Shown: one piece after another, positions 1-9,982 of the stretch
How the letters are laid out: each line of letters starts with the position of its first letter
Position numbering within the stretch: the first letter of the stretch is position 1
Assembly (NCBI GenBank): GCA_907165135.1
Contig: OU015569.1
Coordinates: forward strand, 4,588,001-4,652,000
Source: Oikopleura dioica
Taxonomy: Eukaryota > Animalia > Chordata
DNA length: 64,000 nucleotides
Direction of reading: 5' to 3'
The notes under the pieces: generated by a model
The model's database searches: none
Seen by the model: only the letters and a program-made list of their open reading frames with translations
Told to the model about the DNA's origin: nothing
Program-made: the position numbers and the translations under genes

Positions 1-3000
1 GATATACTGGAGAAGCTCAAGAGTATTCAAAAGGTGAAGGAGAATGCGCGGGCAGTGGTCGAATTCCACGTTGTCAATCCTGACCTCATCTTCAGCATGA
101 CGCCCATCCCCAAGTCAATTAGCGTTTTTAATCTTGTTGAACGGTCGGCGGTAAAAGCGAGAAATCGTTACGGCTGGAAAACGAAGGATATTTCCAAGGG
201 TGAGGATGTTACAAAGATCTGGGCAGCGAACTTCAACTTGAATTTCCTGAAGAAGAACGGAATTCGCTGCGCGTTTGGCCGTTTCGACTCGGAACATAAT
301 AACTTTCACCTCCAACAGCGATTTTGCCTAAAGGTATGCCCCAAAAGGAAAGAAGGAGCATTTTCCAAACGAGAAAGCAGCCCTGCAATTAGTGATGCGC
401 TAATAGTAGAAACAGTCAGAAGTAAACTCATAAAGGATTTTCACTGCCCCATCTCGTTAGACAATGTGAACCAAATCAATTCCTCTTTTCTGAGCGGTAA
501 AATCTCCCAAGAAGGACTCGATTGGATCGAGTCCCTTGGTCAAAACCCCAAGAAATCACTGACAAAGCTCATCCTTTCCCCTGTTTCCAATATCTCTCAC
601 ATAAATCTCATTAGGTCCGATCGGGAATCGAACAAGAAGGGGAGGGAAGTGAAGAAAAAGGAGAAACTACTGGAGGACATTAAGAAAGGTAAAATCCCCA
701 ATTGCATTTATCCAGAAAACTTAATCAGCCCTAGTGAATTCGCCAAAGCAACAGTCTCCAACGCCCTTTTCCAAAAAATTGATCAAGCGCTTCATCACCC
801 AGCCCGACACCTCAAAAAGAGAAGAGTCGTGAAAGAAAAACCTCCACATGGATGTACACATTTCGAAAGCCCCTTTCTGCCCTGCATTGACAACCCGTCA
901 AACTCTGACATTCATAAACTGAATTCTTACTGCAAGGAACTGAACACATTTAATAAAAATAATGCTCGCAAACTAAATCTAATCAACATAAACCCAGGCA
1001 AAGCAAAGAGCACAGGAGAAACGCTACGACTAATCAGCAGCCAAAGTGATGAGACTGATTTATTCATGATCAACGAAATCAGGCTCGAAATGGACATCCT
1101 ACTCACATCCGATCTGTGGCCCGAAGGCTATACAGTCTATTCGCACAATGAAAACCCCCTGTACAGCACGGCCTACACGGCAATCATGACCAGGAACTAC
1201 AGCCTCAGCGATAGGGTAATCAGGCATTTCAGTTTCGGAATCTTTACAGGAGTCCATATCAGGAATGAACTCGATCAAGAAGTACTGATTGTGAGTGTCT
1301 ACAGACCGATTGCCAAACAAGATGACAGTTGCTTTTATAAAAAATATCATAACAATAACCAATTGATCTTTGTAGACTGGGTCAGAGAAGCGATCAAGAC
1401 TGCTGGTGATTTGAACCTGCCACTGGTTATTGGAGGCGACTGGAACCTTGATTTTGATGGACGGCCTCAAGACGACTGTGAACTTGTGGACCAACTCAAG
1501 GAAATCCTCAGTGGCTACACAGACATCTGCTCGACTAACACATTCTTCAGAGGTAACAGCAACTCGAGAATTGACCACATCTTCACAAAATCTATTCGAT
1601 TTCATAATTGCAGAAACTTACAGTGGCATAAAAAGCTATCCCTAGATGGCCACAGTGGACAAAGCTTCCAGTTCTACTTCCAAGTCCCGAAGCACAGGAT
1701 GAAGGTCGTCTTCAACAGGAAGCTTGATGAACCGGAACTCATCAAGAAAAAAGCCCTGGGTAAGTTTGATGCAATCTGGGATAGAATAAGGCTAACTGAA
1801 GAGGCGGAGGAGAAGGTAAACCTCATTTTCAACGAAACCCGCAAACTACTAATGAGTTGCTCGAAACCACAGGCAAGAATAGTGGAAGACAAGTTAGAAT
1901 TCACATACAAACAGAGCAAAGAGCAGGTTAGCTTCATTAATCTCAAAAACATCTGTAGGAATCTTCTCAAATCAGCGAACGACCGGGAAAAAGATGAACT
2001 CAAGAGGCTCCTTTCCAAAGTGGGAAGCGTAATCGCTAAAATCGAGGTGAGAGACAAAAAAAGAACAAGACAGAAATTATCTCTTAGAGCAACCGATGAC
2101 AAAAATGCCGTATGGGACATCTTCAACAAAGAATGTAAACCGAATCAAGTATGGGATGTGGACAGGACCTACACCCCGAATGAACTAGCTGACAAAGTCA
2201 CAAAACTACAGGAATCAACTGCCTCAGACAGATGGCTAAATGAGCCTCTAAATCGGAACCTACCAAGCGACATGATGGAATTCTTCCCCTACTGCTTTAA
2301 TGGAGAAAACAAACACCCGTCAATTCTACACAAATTCAACAACCTAAAAGACTCGACAAAAGGCTGGTCTGGTGTAAACAAAACATTCTTGGACGCGCTA
2401 CCACTGGCATTTCTCCGCATCTTCCTCTTGCTTCCGATCTCAACCTGCCTGGAGAATGGAATCTACCCAGAAAGCCTCAAAACGAGCCGCATCACTATCC
2501 TGCCGAAGAAGAACAAAGGAATTCGCCCAATAGCTATAGGGGAAGTTCTCACATCTGTACTTGAAAAAGTGATCAAAGGAAGCCTCAACCAATTCCTCGA
2601 ATGTGTCGGTGCGTTACCTGATGCCCAAGCAGGATTTAGAAGTGCAATGAGCTGTGGCACAAGTCTCTTCGAGGTAATCAAATTCAACGAATGCGCTTAT
2701 ACGGAAGGCAACTCCTGCTCCACAACCTTCCTTGACGCGAAAAATGCTTTTGGATCCTTGGGGCATAAATCTCTAGTAAATATTTTAAAATTCTTTTTCA
2801 AGGGAAGAGCCCTAAAGCTCCTAAGCGATTCTCTTCATAGATTTTTCGTAGTAAATAGCAATGGGTTCTACTCAACCAGAAGAAGCGGCTCCCCGCACGG
2901 AGTACCGCAAGGTGGAAGCCTATCCCCTTCGCTTTTCTGCCTATATGTTTCGCAAATAACTTCCATTTTCAGTGATACTCCCGCAGTCAAGGTAATCCTC

Positions 3001-4329
3001 TTTGCTGACGATACCTGCGTCCTTTGCAAAGGAAAATCCCAATTAGAAATGGCCAGGATCACAAATGAAGCAATTAACAAGATATCGATAACCTTCAAAT
3101 CAATGGGCCTGGAGCTGGTCCCACAAAAAACCCATATTCTAGTAACATCTCCAGCAAAAACAAGAAATTACGGGCGGGACTTAGAGTTCAACCTCAATGG
3201 CACTATTCTTAAACCCTGCTCGTCAGCAAAATACCTCGGCTCGACCATAGACACCATTAAAGGGCAACTCTCATTCGGAACCAACACTAAAAACATCCAT
3301 AAACGAATGAAAATATTGAATAGCAAGGTAAGCTGCATCATCGATACAATTAACCTATCCCAAACCAGCGAATTACTGAGGGCCACCTCCATGGGCACCT
3401 TTCAACACAACCTTCAAGTCACGCCCCCCCTCTCCATTGCAGAAACCGCGAAACTTCAAAGAACATACCACAATGGTCTAAGCGCCAAAATGAGCAGACG
3501 GTATGGAAACGAAAATAATCCTTCAGCTGATAAAAGGTTCGGAATGGATAGTAATAAATACGAAAGTGTAGTAAAACTCCTTAAAGCAACAAAGCAGCCA
3601 TCCTTAAGCGGAATCAAGATTAGATCGGTCCTTTGTCACATTAACAGCGTAATGACCAATGACAGATCCGAATCCCAATGCAACTTCCTTTGTGAAAACT
3701 CGATTTTTATAATTAATGGGAAAAACACGAACTTCAAACTCATTCCACTCTTTAGAGAACGAATGAAACTTAGGAAGGCCTCAACTCTCGACGGACTTAA
3801 TCTTTCTTCGCTTAAAGCTGGAATCAAGGTGAATAGGAAGATGCTGTTTGCGGAGATTTTTCTAAGCCTGCTGTTCAACTTCAATCATATCTCTTATGCC
3901 ATTAAACCAAATAGGAACACTGCCAAAGGTAGGTGTAAATCGATGATCTGGCCGCTGTTTGCAGCAGATTGGATAGCTGATCTGCCGGTGGATGTAAGAA
4001 ACTGGACCCTTCTAGAGGGAAGAAAATCCGACATTAAGCGTTATCTTAAAGGTTTGCATCTGCATTTGGAAAGAATGGTCTTCTGCAACGATTGTCTCAT
4101 CAAAAAGTACGAACCCTGCGTTCATAAAGCAAAAAGTATATATTCTATCTCCTGCGAAGCGCTGTTTCAATGTAACAAGCTACTCCCCAATCATATCTCT
4201 CCTCTTTCCAGACGCGAAGCTGGTATCAACGCCATCGTGCCATTCCATCATAACAGGGAACAACTGCTGGAGTTCATAAGTTCTCTTTGCATTTCCTTCT
4301 CTGAGCAAAGTCATTCTTTCGCTCTCTAA
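1..4329 (+). CDS. Non-LTR retrotransposon polyprotein: N-terminal extension + APE endonuclease + reverse transcriptase + C-terminal Cys motif (frame open off the left edge of the window)
   Basis: Frame 1 has no stop from base 1 to TAA at 4327-4329. APE motifs: LNLININPG (973), INEIR, GGDWN (1432), SRIDHIF, SLDGH. RT motifs: IRPIAI, QAGFR, FLDAKNAFGSL, GVPQGGSLSPSLFCLYV, FADD (3001-3012), KYLG. CNDC...H...C near 4084 resembles a LINE C-terminal knuckle. Confidence 0.95.
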   Translation, partial: DILEKLKSIQKVKENARAVVEFHVVNPDLIFSMTPIPKSISVFNLVERSAVKARNRYGWKTKDISKGEDVTKIWAANFNLNFLKKNGIRCAFGRFDSEHNNFHLQQRFCLKVCPKRKEGAFSKRESSPAISDALIVETVRSKLIKDFHCPISLDNVNQINSSFLSGKISQEGLDWIESLGQNPKKSLTKLILSPVSNISHINLIRSDRESNKKGREVKKKEKLLEDIKKGKIPNCIYPENLISPSEFAKATVSNALFQKIDQALHHPARHLKKRRVVKEKPPHGCTHFESPFLPCIDNPSNSDIHKLNSYCKELNTFNKNNARKLNLININPGKAKSTGETLRLISSQSDETDLFMINEIRLEMDILLTSDLWPEGYTVYSHNENPLYSTAYTAIMTRNYSLSDRVIRHFSFGIFTGVHIRNELDQEVLIVSVYRPIAKQDDSCFYKKYHNNNQLIFVDWVREAIKTAGDLNLPLVIGGDWNLDFDGRPQDDCELVDQLKEILSGYTDICSTNTFFRGNSNSRIDHIFTKSIRFHNCRNLQWHKKLSLDGHSGQSFQFYFQVPKHRMKVVFNRKLDEPELIKKKALGKFDAIWDRIRLTEEAEEKVNLIFNETRKLLMSCSKPQARIVEDKLEFTYKQSKEQVSFINLKNICRNLLKSANDREKDELKRLLSKVGSVIAKIEVRDKKRTRQKLSLRATDDKNAVWDIFNKECKPNQVWDVDRTYTPNELADKVTKLQESTASDRWLNEPLNRNLPSDMMEFFPYCFNGENKHPSILHKFNNLKDSTKGWSGVNKTFLDALPLAFLRIFLLLPISTCLENGIYPESLKTSRITILPKKNKGIRPIAIGEVLTSVLEKVIKGSLNQFLECVGALPDAQAGFRSAMSCGTSLFEVIKFNECAYTEGNSCSTTFLDAKNAFGSLGHKSLVNILKFFFKGRALKLLSDSLHRFFVVNSNGFYSTRRSGSPHGVPQGGSLSPSLFCLYVSQITSIFSDTPAVKVILFADDTCVLCKGKSQLEMARITNEAINKISITFKSMGLELVPQKTHILVTSPAKTRNYGRDLEFNLNGTILKPCSSAKYLGSTIDTIKGQLSFGTNTKNIHKRMKILNSKVSCIIDTINLSQTSELLRATSMGTFQHNLQVTPPLSIAETAKLQRTYHNGLSAKMSRRYGNENNPSADKRFGMDSNKYESVVKLLKATKQPSLSGIKIRSVLCHINSVMTNDRSESQCNFLCENSIFIINGKNTNFKLIPLFRERMKLRKASTLDGLNLSSLKAGIKVNRKMLFAEIFLSLLFNFNHISYAIKPNRNTAKGRCKSMIWPLFAADWIADLPVDVRNWTLLEGRKSDIKRYLKGLHLHLERMVFCNDCLIKKYEPCVHKAKSIYSISCEALFQCNKLLPNHISPLSRREAGINAIVPFHHNREQLLEFISSLCISFSEQSHSFAL

Positions 4330-4392
4330 CTGTCTCCAAGTCAATATCAACAACTGTACAACGAGACGCTTACTTTATCCAAGATGTTTTAG

Positions 4393-6581
4393 ATGAGTTT
4401 ATCGAAACTGGCGTTTGACGGCTGCGGCAGCTGGTCTAATGCCAAAAACTCCGAACCGAAGGTCTTCGGCTTCCTCAACTCGGTCCTGGATACAATCTAT
4501 GCGAGGGACATTGATGAATTAATGGAGTCAGCGAACTCTGAGCTTCGGTTAGTACGATAAGAACTGTTAAAGAAAGCAGGAGCCGCTGGCAAGCCATGGC
4601 ACCGAGCCTCACTCGCTGATCTAAAAATAAATAGTTGCCTGCCGAATTTCAAAAGCTTTTCAGACTGCTCGAGGATGTCTTGACAACCCTTGGGATTGAA
4701 CAACTTCTGAATAACAACAATGTCGGGACACTATTTCGCATCATGTTGGTCGATCTCTGGGTACTTGCAGTCAAGAATTGTATTCCCCCTTGCATGATCT
4801 TCACGTATTTGAAGATCTCGCCTGCTGGTGCCAAGAAGCAATTCCTCAGCGAAATTTGTGTCAAAAACGACGGGTTACTTCCGACCGTCTCTGACCTTCG
4901 TTTTAAAACTAAACTCTTGGTCCCAAGTGGTCTCATTCACACCAATCTTTTCTCTGAAGACATAGGCTTACCATCCAGCGAAGCTGCGATCAAATTCGTC
5001 CACCAGCTTAAATCACGATGCTCATGGGGTGAACTAATCAGTTATGTTGCCAAATTCGGAAACGACAAGGACTCCATAACGGAAGACGAAGTAGAAGAAA
5101 CGCTCTTGAGTTGGGTCAGTCAGCAGGAAAAGGATAACGTCCTACTCAGAAACATAGCTGACTGCATGACGAAAACTCTGGGAGGGGAAATTAACGATTC
5201 GAACTCCTTCGCTTTGTTCTCGGGCCCCTACTCTTACGCCAATGCATGCGCCTTCGACGGCTTGAAGAAGAGTGCTCCCTTCATGGCTGACGACGTAAAA
5301 GTGGAGCTAGTAAACGCAGCGGGGATCCCAGTCAATAACAGTATTCTGAACAAATGCAAAGCAAGGCATGGCCTCAGGGTCAACTGCCCTTTAATTTTCC
5401 ATCCACTTCGAATGTTCCACTTCAAGAATGATCGGGAACTGGTTGGCGCGGCTACCACCATTTATAACCACCTGGTCAGATCTCTTGGAAATGCTCTAGC
5501 AACAGCTCAGCTAAACTTCAAAGACGCTTATCTTGGAAGTAGCGCTATTGAAAACGCTGCACCTTCGGTCATGGAATTCTCCCTGGCCAAACTCACAACC
5601 AATCTTCTAGAAGCTTCGATCCTCACCACCCAAAACTCATTAAACGGAACGCGAGATCTGGTTGCGAAAAAATTCTCCCTCTTACTCACGGAGCACTGCA
5701 AAGAAGAGGTAACAATCGAAAAACTCGAGGAAGCGGAGATGGCCGAAGGCATTTCCACATGCTGGGCAACTTTCCTGCTAAACACGCTGCAAATTGGGAC
5801 AAAGGGCCTAAACTTTCTGGAAGTCATCGCGAATGAAAGAAACATCTCTCTGGCCAACTTACTACACAATTGTCTCGGAACATTCTTTTGGGGAAAAGGA
5901 AGCATCGGCCAACGACCCACTCCAGGCCCTCGTGGGATTCATCTGGAGAGGAATCAGGATGAACTTCAGGTTAACATCTACCTTGCCTTGAACCACCTGA
6001 CTGCCAACGGCGAAGAGGTGGAAAATATTATCTCCAATCTCTTTGACATTACCCCAAGAATGATCTTGAAAGAATTCAAGCTCTCAAAGAAAAGAAAAAG
6101 ACTTTCGAATGATTTGCTGCCACCCCTCTCCCCAGTGAAGACCAGCAAGTCCCTCAAATTTGCAGATGAAATGGACTCACTCATCCTAGCCGAACCGCTA
6201 GCACGAAATACCGCCGAGCAAGCTCCGATTGCTGGACGCAACAAGATTGGATCACCAAGGATGGGAATGTCAGAGACAACCAATTCGTCGCCACCAGGTC
6301 CATCAACCCAAAGCCTTCTCAAGCCAGACGCTAACAATGAGGAGGCGAGTGAATCAAAGAACTCCGTCTCAGCTGAAGATGAAAGCGCTGGACTCGAGGA
6401 CACTCCTTCCTCGCATGATGACAGCTTCTTGGACGAAGAAGAGCCCACGGGCGGAGTAACCTTCCACAAAGAATCCGCAGAAAGTTTGAGGATTAACCTA
6501 GCCGCCCTTTGCGCCGAGGACAAAGAAGTACCATCCAGTGAAACCCTCGGAAACCAGCCAGATCCACTCGACAAGAACTAA
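4393..6581 (+). CDS. Novel ~690-aa protein (ORF-A), predicted join(4393..4547,4664..6581); basic NLS-like patch and acidic low-complexity C-terminus
   Basis: TTTTAG directly precedes ATG 4393. A phase-2 GTTAGT...CTTTTCAG intron (4548-4663) joins the 5' exon in frame to the 648-aa ORF, giving ...ANSELRLLEDVLTTLG.... Total 2073 nt = 691 codons. KLSKKRKRLS and a D/E/S-rich tail are present. Confidence 0.7.
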
Positions 6582-6983
6582 AGCGAATGTTATGTCACGC
6601 TTCTCCCCATGTCAACTTCATCGGTAAAAGTTTCTAGCTAAGCAATTTCCCTCTTCTATCATGATATCACCCACGCAGTTCCTTCACCTGCAGTTCAAAT
6701 ACCAAATCAAGTCTTACTCACACACAGCTAAGTCAAATCATACTAATAAAAGTTGCGCTCGAAATCCTTTAACTAGAATCCCAGTAGTTCAAAACCATGA
6801 TGCTTTCAAGCCGCCCCACTGTTTCAAATAAAGCGCCAAAATAAATTAACTGTAATTCTGTCCAACTCTTTTCCCGAACCCTCTGCACTGCAAATATTTA
6901 ATCTTACTGCCAATAGACTCTAAAATCTCATTAAGCTCAGCCACCGGCATTAACCACAACACTTTTAGAAGCACCTGTGCACT

Positions 6984-7619
6984 ATGGCGAATCTTGGACA
7001 AGGGACACGTAACTCGGTGACATGGTCGCGCGAGGAATTCCGCACGCTAGCCACTGGCAACGCGGACCCGATAAATTGGCCCGATTTCTGGGAGTCATTA
7101 ATGATCGATTTGGATGAAAAAGAACGCGCAGCTCTCGCAAATAGTGGGGGCTCTGGCCAGCCAGCCTGCCCTCTCAAAGCTTGGCCTAATCAAGTAAATA
7201 AAGTCACCATCAATCTGACTAAAAGCACTGTCGAACTAATCGCCGACAAGGGCATGATCGCCTCTAAGGGTGATGAAGAGATCGTCTCCACAACTGTCTT
7301 TAGCAATGACAGCTTCCCACTTGTTGACCGAATCAACCTCAAGGATGCGAAAGACAATAACGCTTGGTGGAGAACCAAAGTCAGAGCAGTCATTGGCCAG
7401 GCTGAGCAGAATCTCCGTGAAAGGCTCACCCTAGTGAACCTAATAATAGAAGCCGAGGACAAGAAATGGTCCATCAAGAAACTCAATGATTTGGCTGGCA
7501 CTATGAATGTCCTCCCAACGCGAATCTCACCCGATCAAGCTGCAATGCTCATGGATATCTCGAAAGCCCCTGGCCGGCCTCTTCAGGTAATCTTGCCTCA
7601 CGAATCTGACCCAAATTGA
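6984..7619 (+). CDS. Novel 211-aa protein
   Basis: Intact ATG-to-stop ORF, Trp-containing and globular-looking. TTAAC...ACTTTTAG acceptor lies 15 nt upstream of the ATG. No family recognised. Confidence 0.7.
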   Translation: MANLGQGTRNSVTWSREEFRTLATGNADPINWPDFWESLMIDLDEKERAALANSGGSGQPACPLKAWPNQVNKVTINLTKSTVELIADKGMIASKGDEEIVSTTVFSNDSFPLVDRINLKDAKDNNAWWRTKVRAVIGQAEQNLRERLTLVNLIIEAEDKKWSIKKLNDLAGTMNVLPTRISPDQAAMLMDISKAPGRPLQVILPHESDPN

Positions 7620-8033
7620 TTTGACATAGCCTCCCCAACCCCTAGATGTTGAGGCCCTCCATGCGAAATGGCGACAGTAGAAAGCTCCTCGAATCGACAA
7701 AAGGATCTGCACCACTAAAGTATTCTCATCTACCCCGAACACACTGCACTCTCCTCTAGCGACTAACTGGCGCAGCCTAACGAACATCTCCAACTGAAAC
7801 TGAGTTAAATCCAACTGACCCCCTGTCCAAGTTTTACTGCATCTCGCATCGTCCGCTAGTCAAGCAAATTCACTTATTCTGGAGCATCTCATCAAGATAA
7901 CCCTGACAATCTCCTATGCCTCCCTACCTACCCTTTAAATTTGAAACTGGAAGATCCACACCCCTGAACACCGACCTTAACATTCACTCTTTATAGATTT
8001 CTGACGTCCGGATTCCGGAACACAACGGGAGTA

Positions 8034-8339
8034 ATGAGCGGAAACCTGTGCCAACTACTGAATCATATGCGATGTCGCATCTGCACATTCATCATGGACG
8101 ATTCTCGGAGATCGGAAATTGCCATATTCCCGTGTGGCCACAGTAAAATCTGTAAGATATGCCTGGAAAAGCTGAGCAACTGCCCCATCTGCAGAGGCGA
8201 AGTGCAGGGCTCTCTCAAGCTGATAAATGATTTCGGAACACAAGGGGAGATGGGAAGAATTCTCGATGGACTCGAATTGGACTTGCTGAAGGATGAAACC
8301 AAAGAAAGAATCGGCGACAAGCATGGTCCAGGATTTTAA
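8034..8339 (+). CDS. Small C3HC4 RING-finger protein (IAP/MGRN-like RING spacing), putative E3 ligase
   Basis: CRIC-x16-CGH-x2-C-x2-C-x6-CPICR pattern. TCTTTATAG acceptor lies 37 nt upstream. Confidence 0.85.
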   Translation: MSGNLCQLLNHMRCRICTFIMDDSRRSEIAIFPCGHSKICKICLEKLSNCPICRGEVQGSLKLINDFGTQGEMGRILDGLELDLLKDETKERIGDKHGPGF

Positions 8340-8600
8340 CAACACCCACTTCAGAAACGGCCAACTCACCCGCTAGCGACTTTGAGCTCACCCAAATTCA
8401 ATTCTCATCTACCCAGTCACGGCAAAAAAATCTTCCCCGCTCACCGACATCGTTAACAAACCCTCCTCCTGACTCTAATTTTGACCATCCAGAACGAACC
8501 CGTCAACTGTCCATCTCCTTCAATAAATCTGCACTGAATTAACAACTCCTGATAAGATGCTGACCTTACTCTAACCCTTTAGACTGAAATCAATCTGGAC

Positions 8601-9884
8601 ATGATCACAGAAAACATCTCACGCTCACCAGTTGAATTAAAGCTCTGGATCAGTGCCACGTGCCTCACTCTCTTTCACAATGGGGGCTGCAGCTTCTTAC
8701 AAGAAATGAATTACCTCGCCAGCTATCTCCAGATGCAAGCAAGGGCAGAAGGCATTGTAGTCCCTCAAAGTCACCAGCTCGGGATAGTCTTCATGGTGCA
8801 AAACTTAAAACAGATCAACTCCTGCATCAATAATCTGCACTCACCTGACTACCTGGACAGAGTGATCATCTGTTTCCCGGCGGCTAAAGAATTCATGATC
8901 CTCAATGAAATGGAGCTGAATAGCCCAGATATCAAACACCGACTACACCACACGATGTTTATGCCAAGCGGTCTGATTCACACATTACGGAAACAACAAC
9001 CGTTTAATCCGCCAGAAAGTGAAGTATCCTCTTGGGAGCACAGGTGGAAAATAATCCTTGAAGGCACCGACCCACTAGCGCGAGAGCTGTACTGGGAGTA
9101 TTTCGGGCTAAATAGCCTCACTCAGGAAAACACTGAATCCGCCTTCAAATCGCTCCTCTGGGCGAGTGAACTCAACGTGAAAGCATTATGGAACCTAATT
9201 GAAAGTGGTCGCAAAGTGAAGGTAGTAACCACGACGGGAATGGAGTCACTTCAAACGGATCCCAAACCTTGCAAGGCTGAAGCCAACATCACCGGAACTA
9301 GCAAAATCAAAGCGCGAATCATCATCCCAGGTCAGTGTTCCTATGAGCTTTGTTGGAAGCCAAGAAGACCACTCCTTAAAAGAGACCATCAAATTGATGA
9401 ATGGCTCGACCAAAAAGCCTTCATAAAGATGGAAGCATGGACGAACCGGAACTTTCTAACACACGAGCGGCTCCAATCACTAGACGCAGAGGTGCAGTCA
9501 ATGGACATCAATGCCACTCCAATGCTGGGCCTAGAGAAACGCCCGAGAATGTTATCGTTTGATGAACTCAACCTCATCAAGGATGTCTGGTTCAGAAGAT
9601 GGCAGAATGCTGATCTGTGGAACCCCAACTACTCTCTTACAAAGATTCTGGACACCTCAACTCTCAAATTGTGGAACTGTCTACATCGGATCCTAATTCT
9701 TGAGTTGGAGGAAGACCTCCAAAAGCGCGGCAATAGTTTGGCGACAATGATGAACCTGTACTCGATCTCCAAATGCTTGGAAGTCGTCAATGAATGCGGA
9801 AAAGAACTGAGAACAATTAGCGGCTCAGGCGGGAGTTCTAACTTGATTAACTTAACATCACATTTCCTGTCAGTCGTTTTCTAA
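8601..9884 (+). CDS. Novel 427-aa protein (ORF-B), probable paralogue of the ORF-A N-terminal domain
   Basis: Intact ORF. CTAACCCTTTAG acceptor lies 18 nt upstream. Shares PSGLIHT and a preceding P-A-x-K...L-x-E segment with ORF-A. Confidence 0.8.
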   Translation: MITENISRSPVELKLWISATCLTLFHNGGCSFLQEMNYLASYLQMQARAEGIVVPQSHQLGIVFMVQNLKQINSCINNLHSPDYLDRVIICFPAAKEFMILNEMELNSPDIKHRLHHTMFMPSGLIHTLRKQQPFNPPESEVSSWEHRWKIILEGTDPLARELYWEYFGLNSLTQENTESAFKSLLWASELNVKALWNLIESGRKVKVVTTTGMESLQTDPKPCKAEANITGTSKIKARIIIPGQCSYELCWKPRRPLLKRDHQIDEWLDQKAFIKMEAWTNRNFLTHERLQSLDAEVQSMDINATPMLGLEKRPRMLSFDELNLIKDVWFRRWQNADLWNPNYSLTKILDTSTLKLWNCLHRILILELEEDLQKRGNSLATMMNLYSISKCLEVVNECGKELRTISGSGGSSNLINLTSHFLSVVF

Positions 9885-9982
9885 CAAACGTAGAGTTCTT
9901 GAGGAAAATTAATTCCTTAGAATTGTTATCTCTCGATAAGAGAAGTACCTTATCTTGCAGCTAATTCATTCAAGGTCCGAAA

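Noticed and set aside
5528-6574. Minus-strand ORFs of 130 and 198 aa within ORF-A
   Set aside because: Ser-rich antisense shadows of the acidic coding region.
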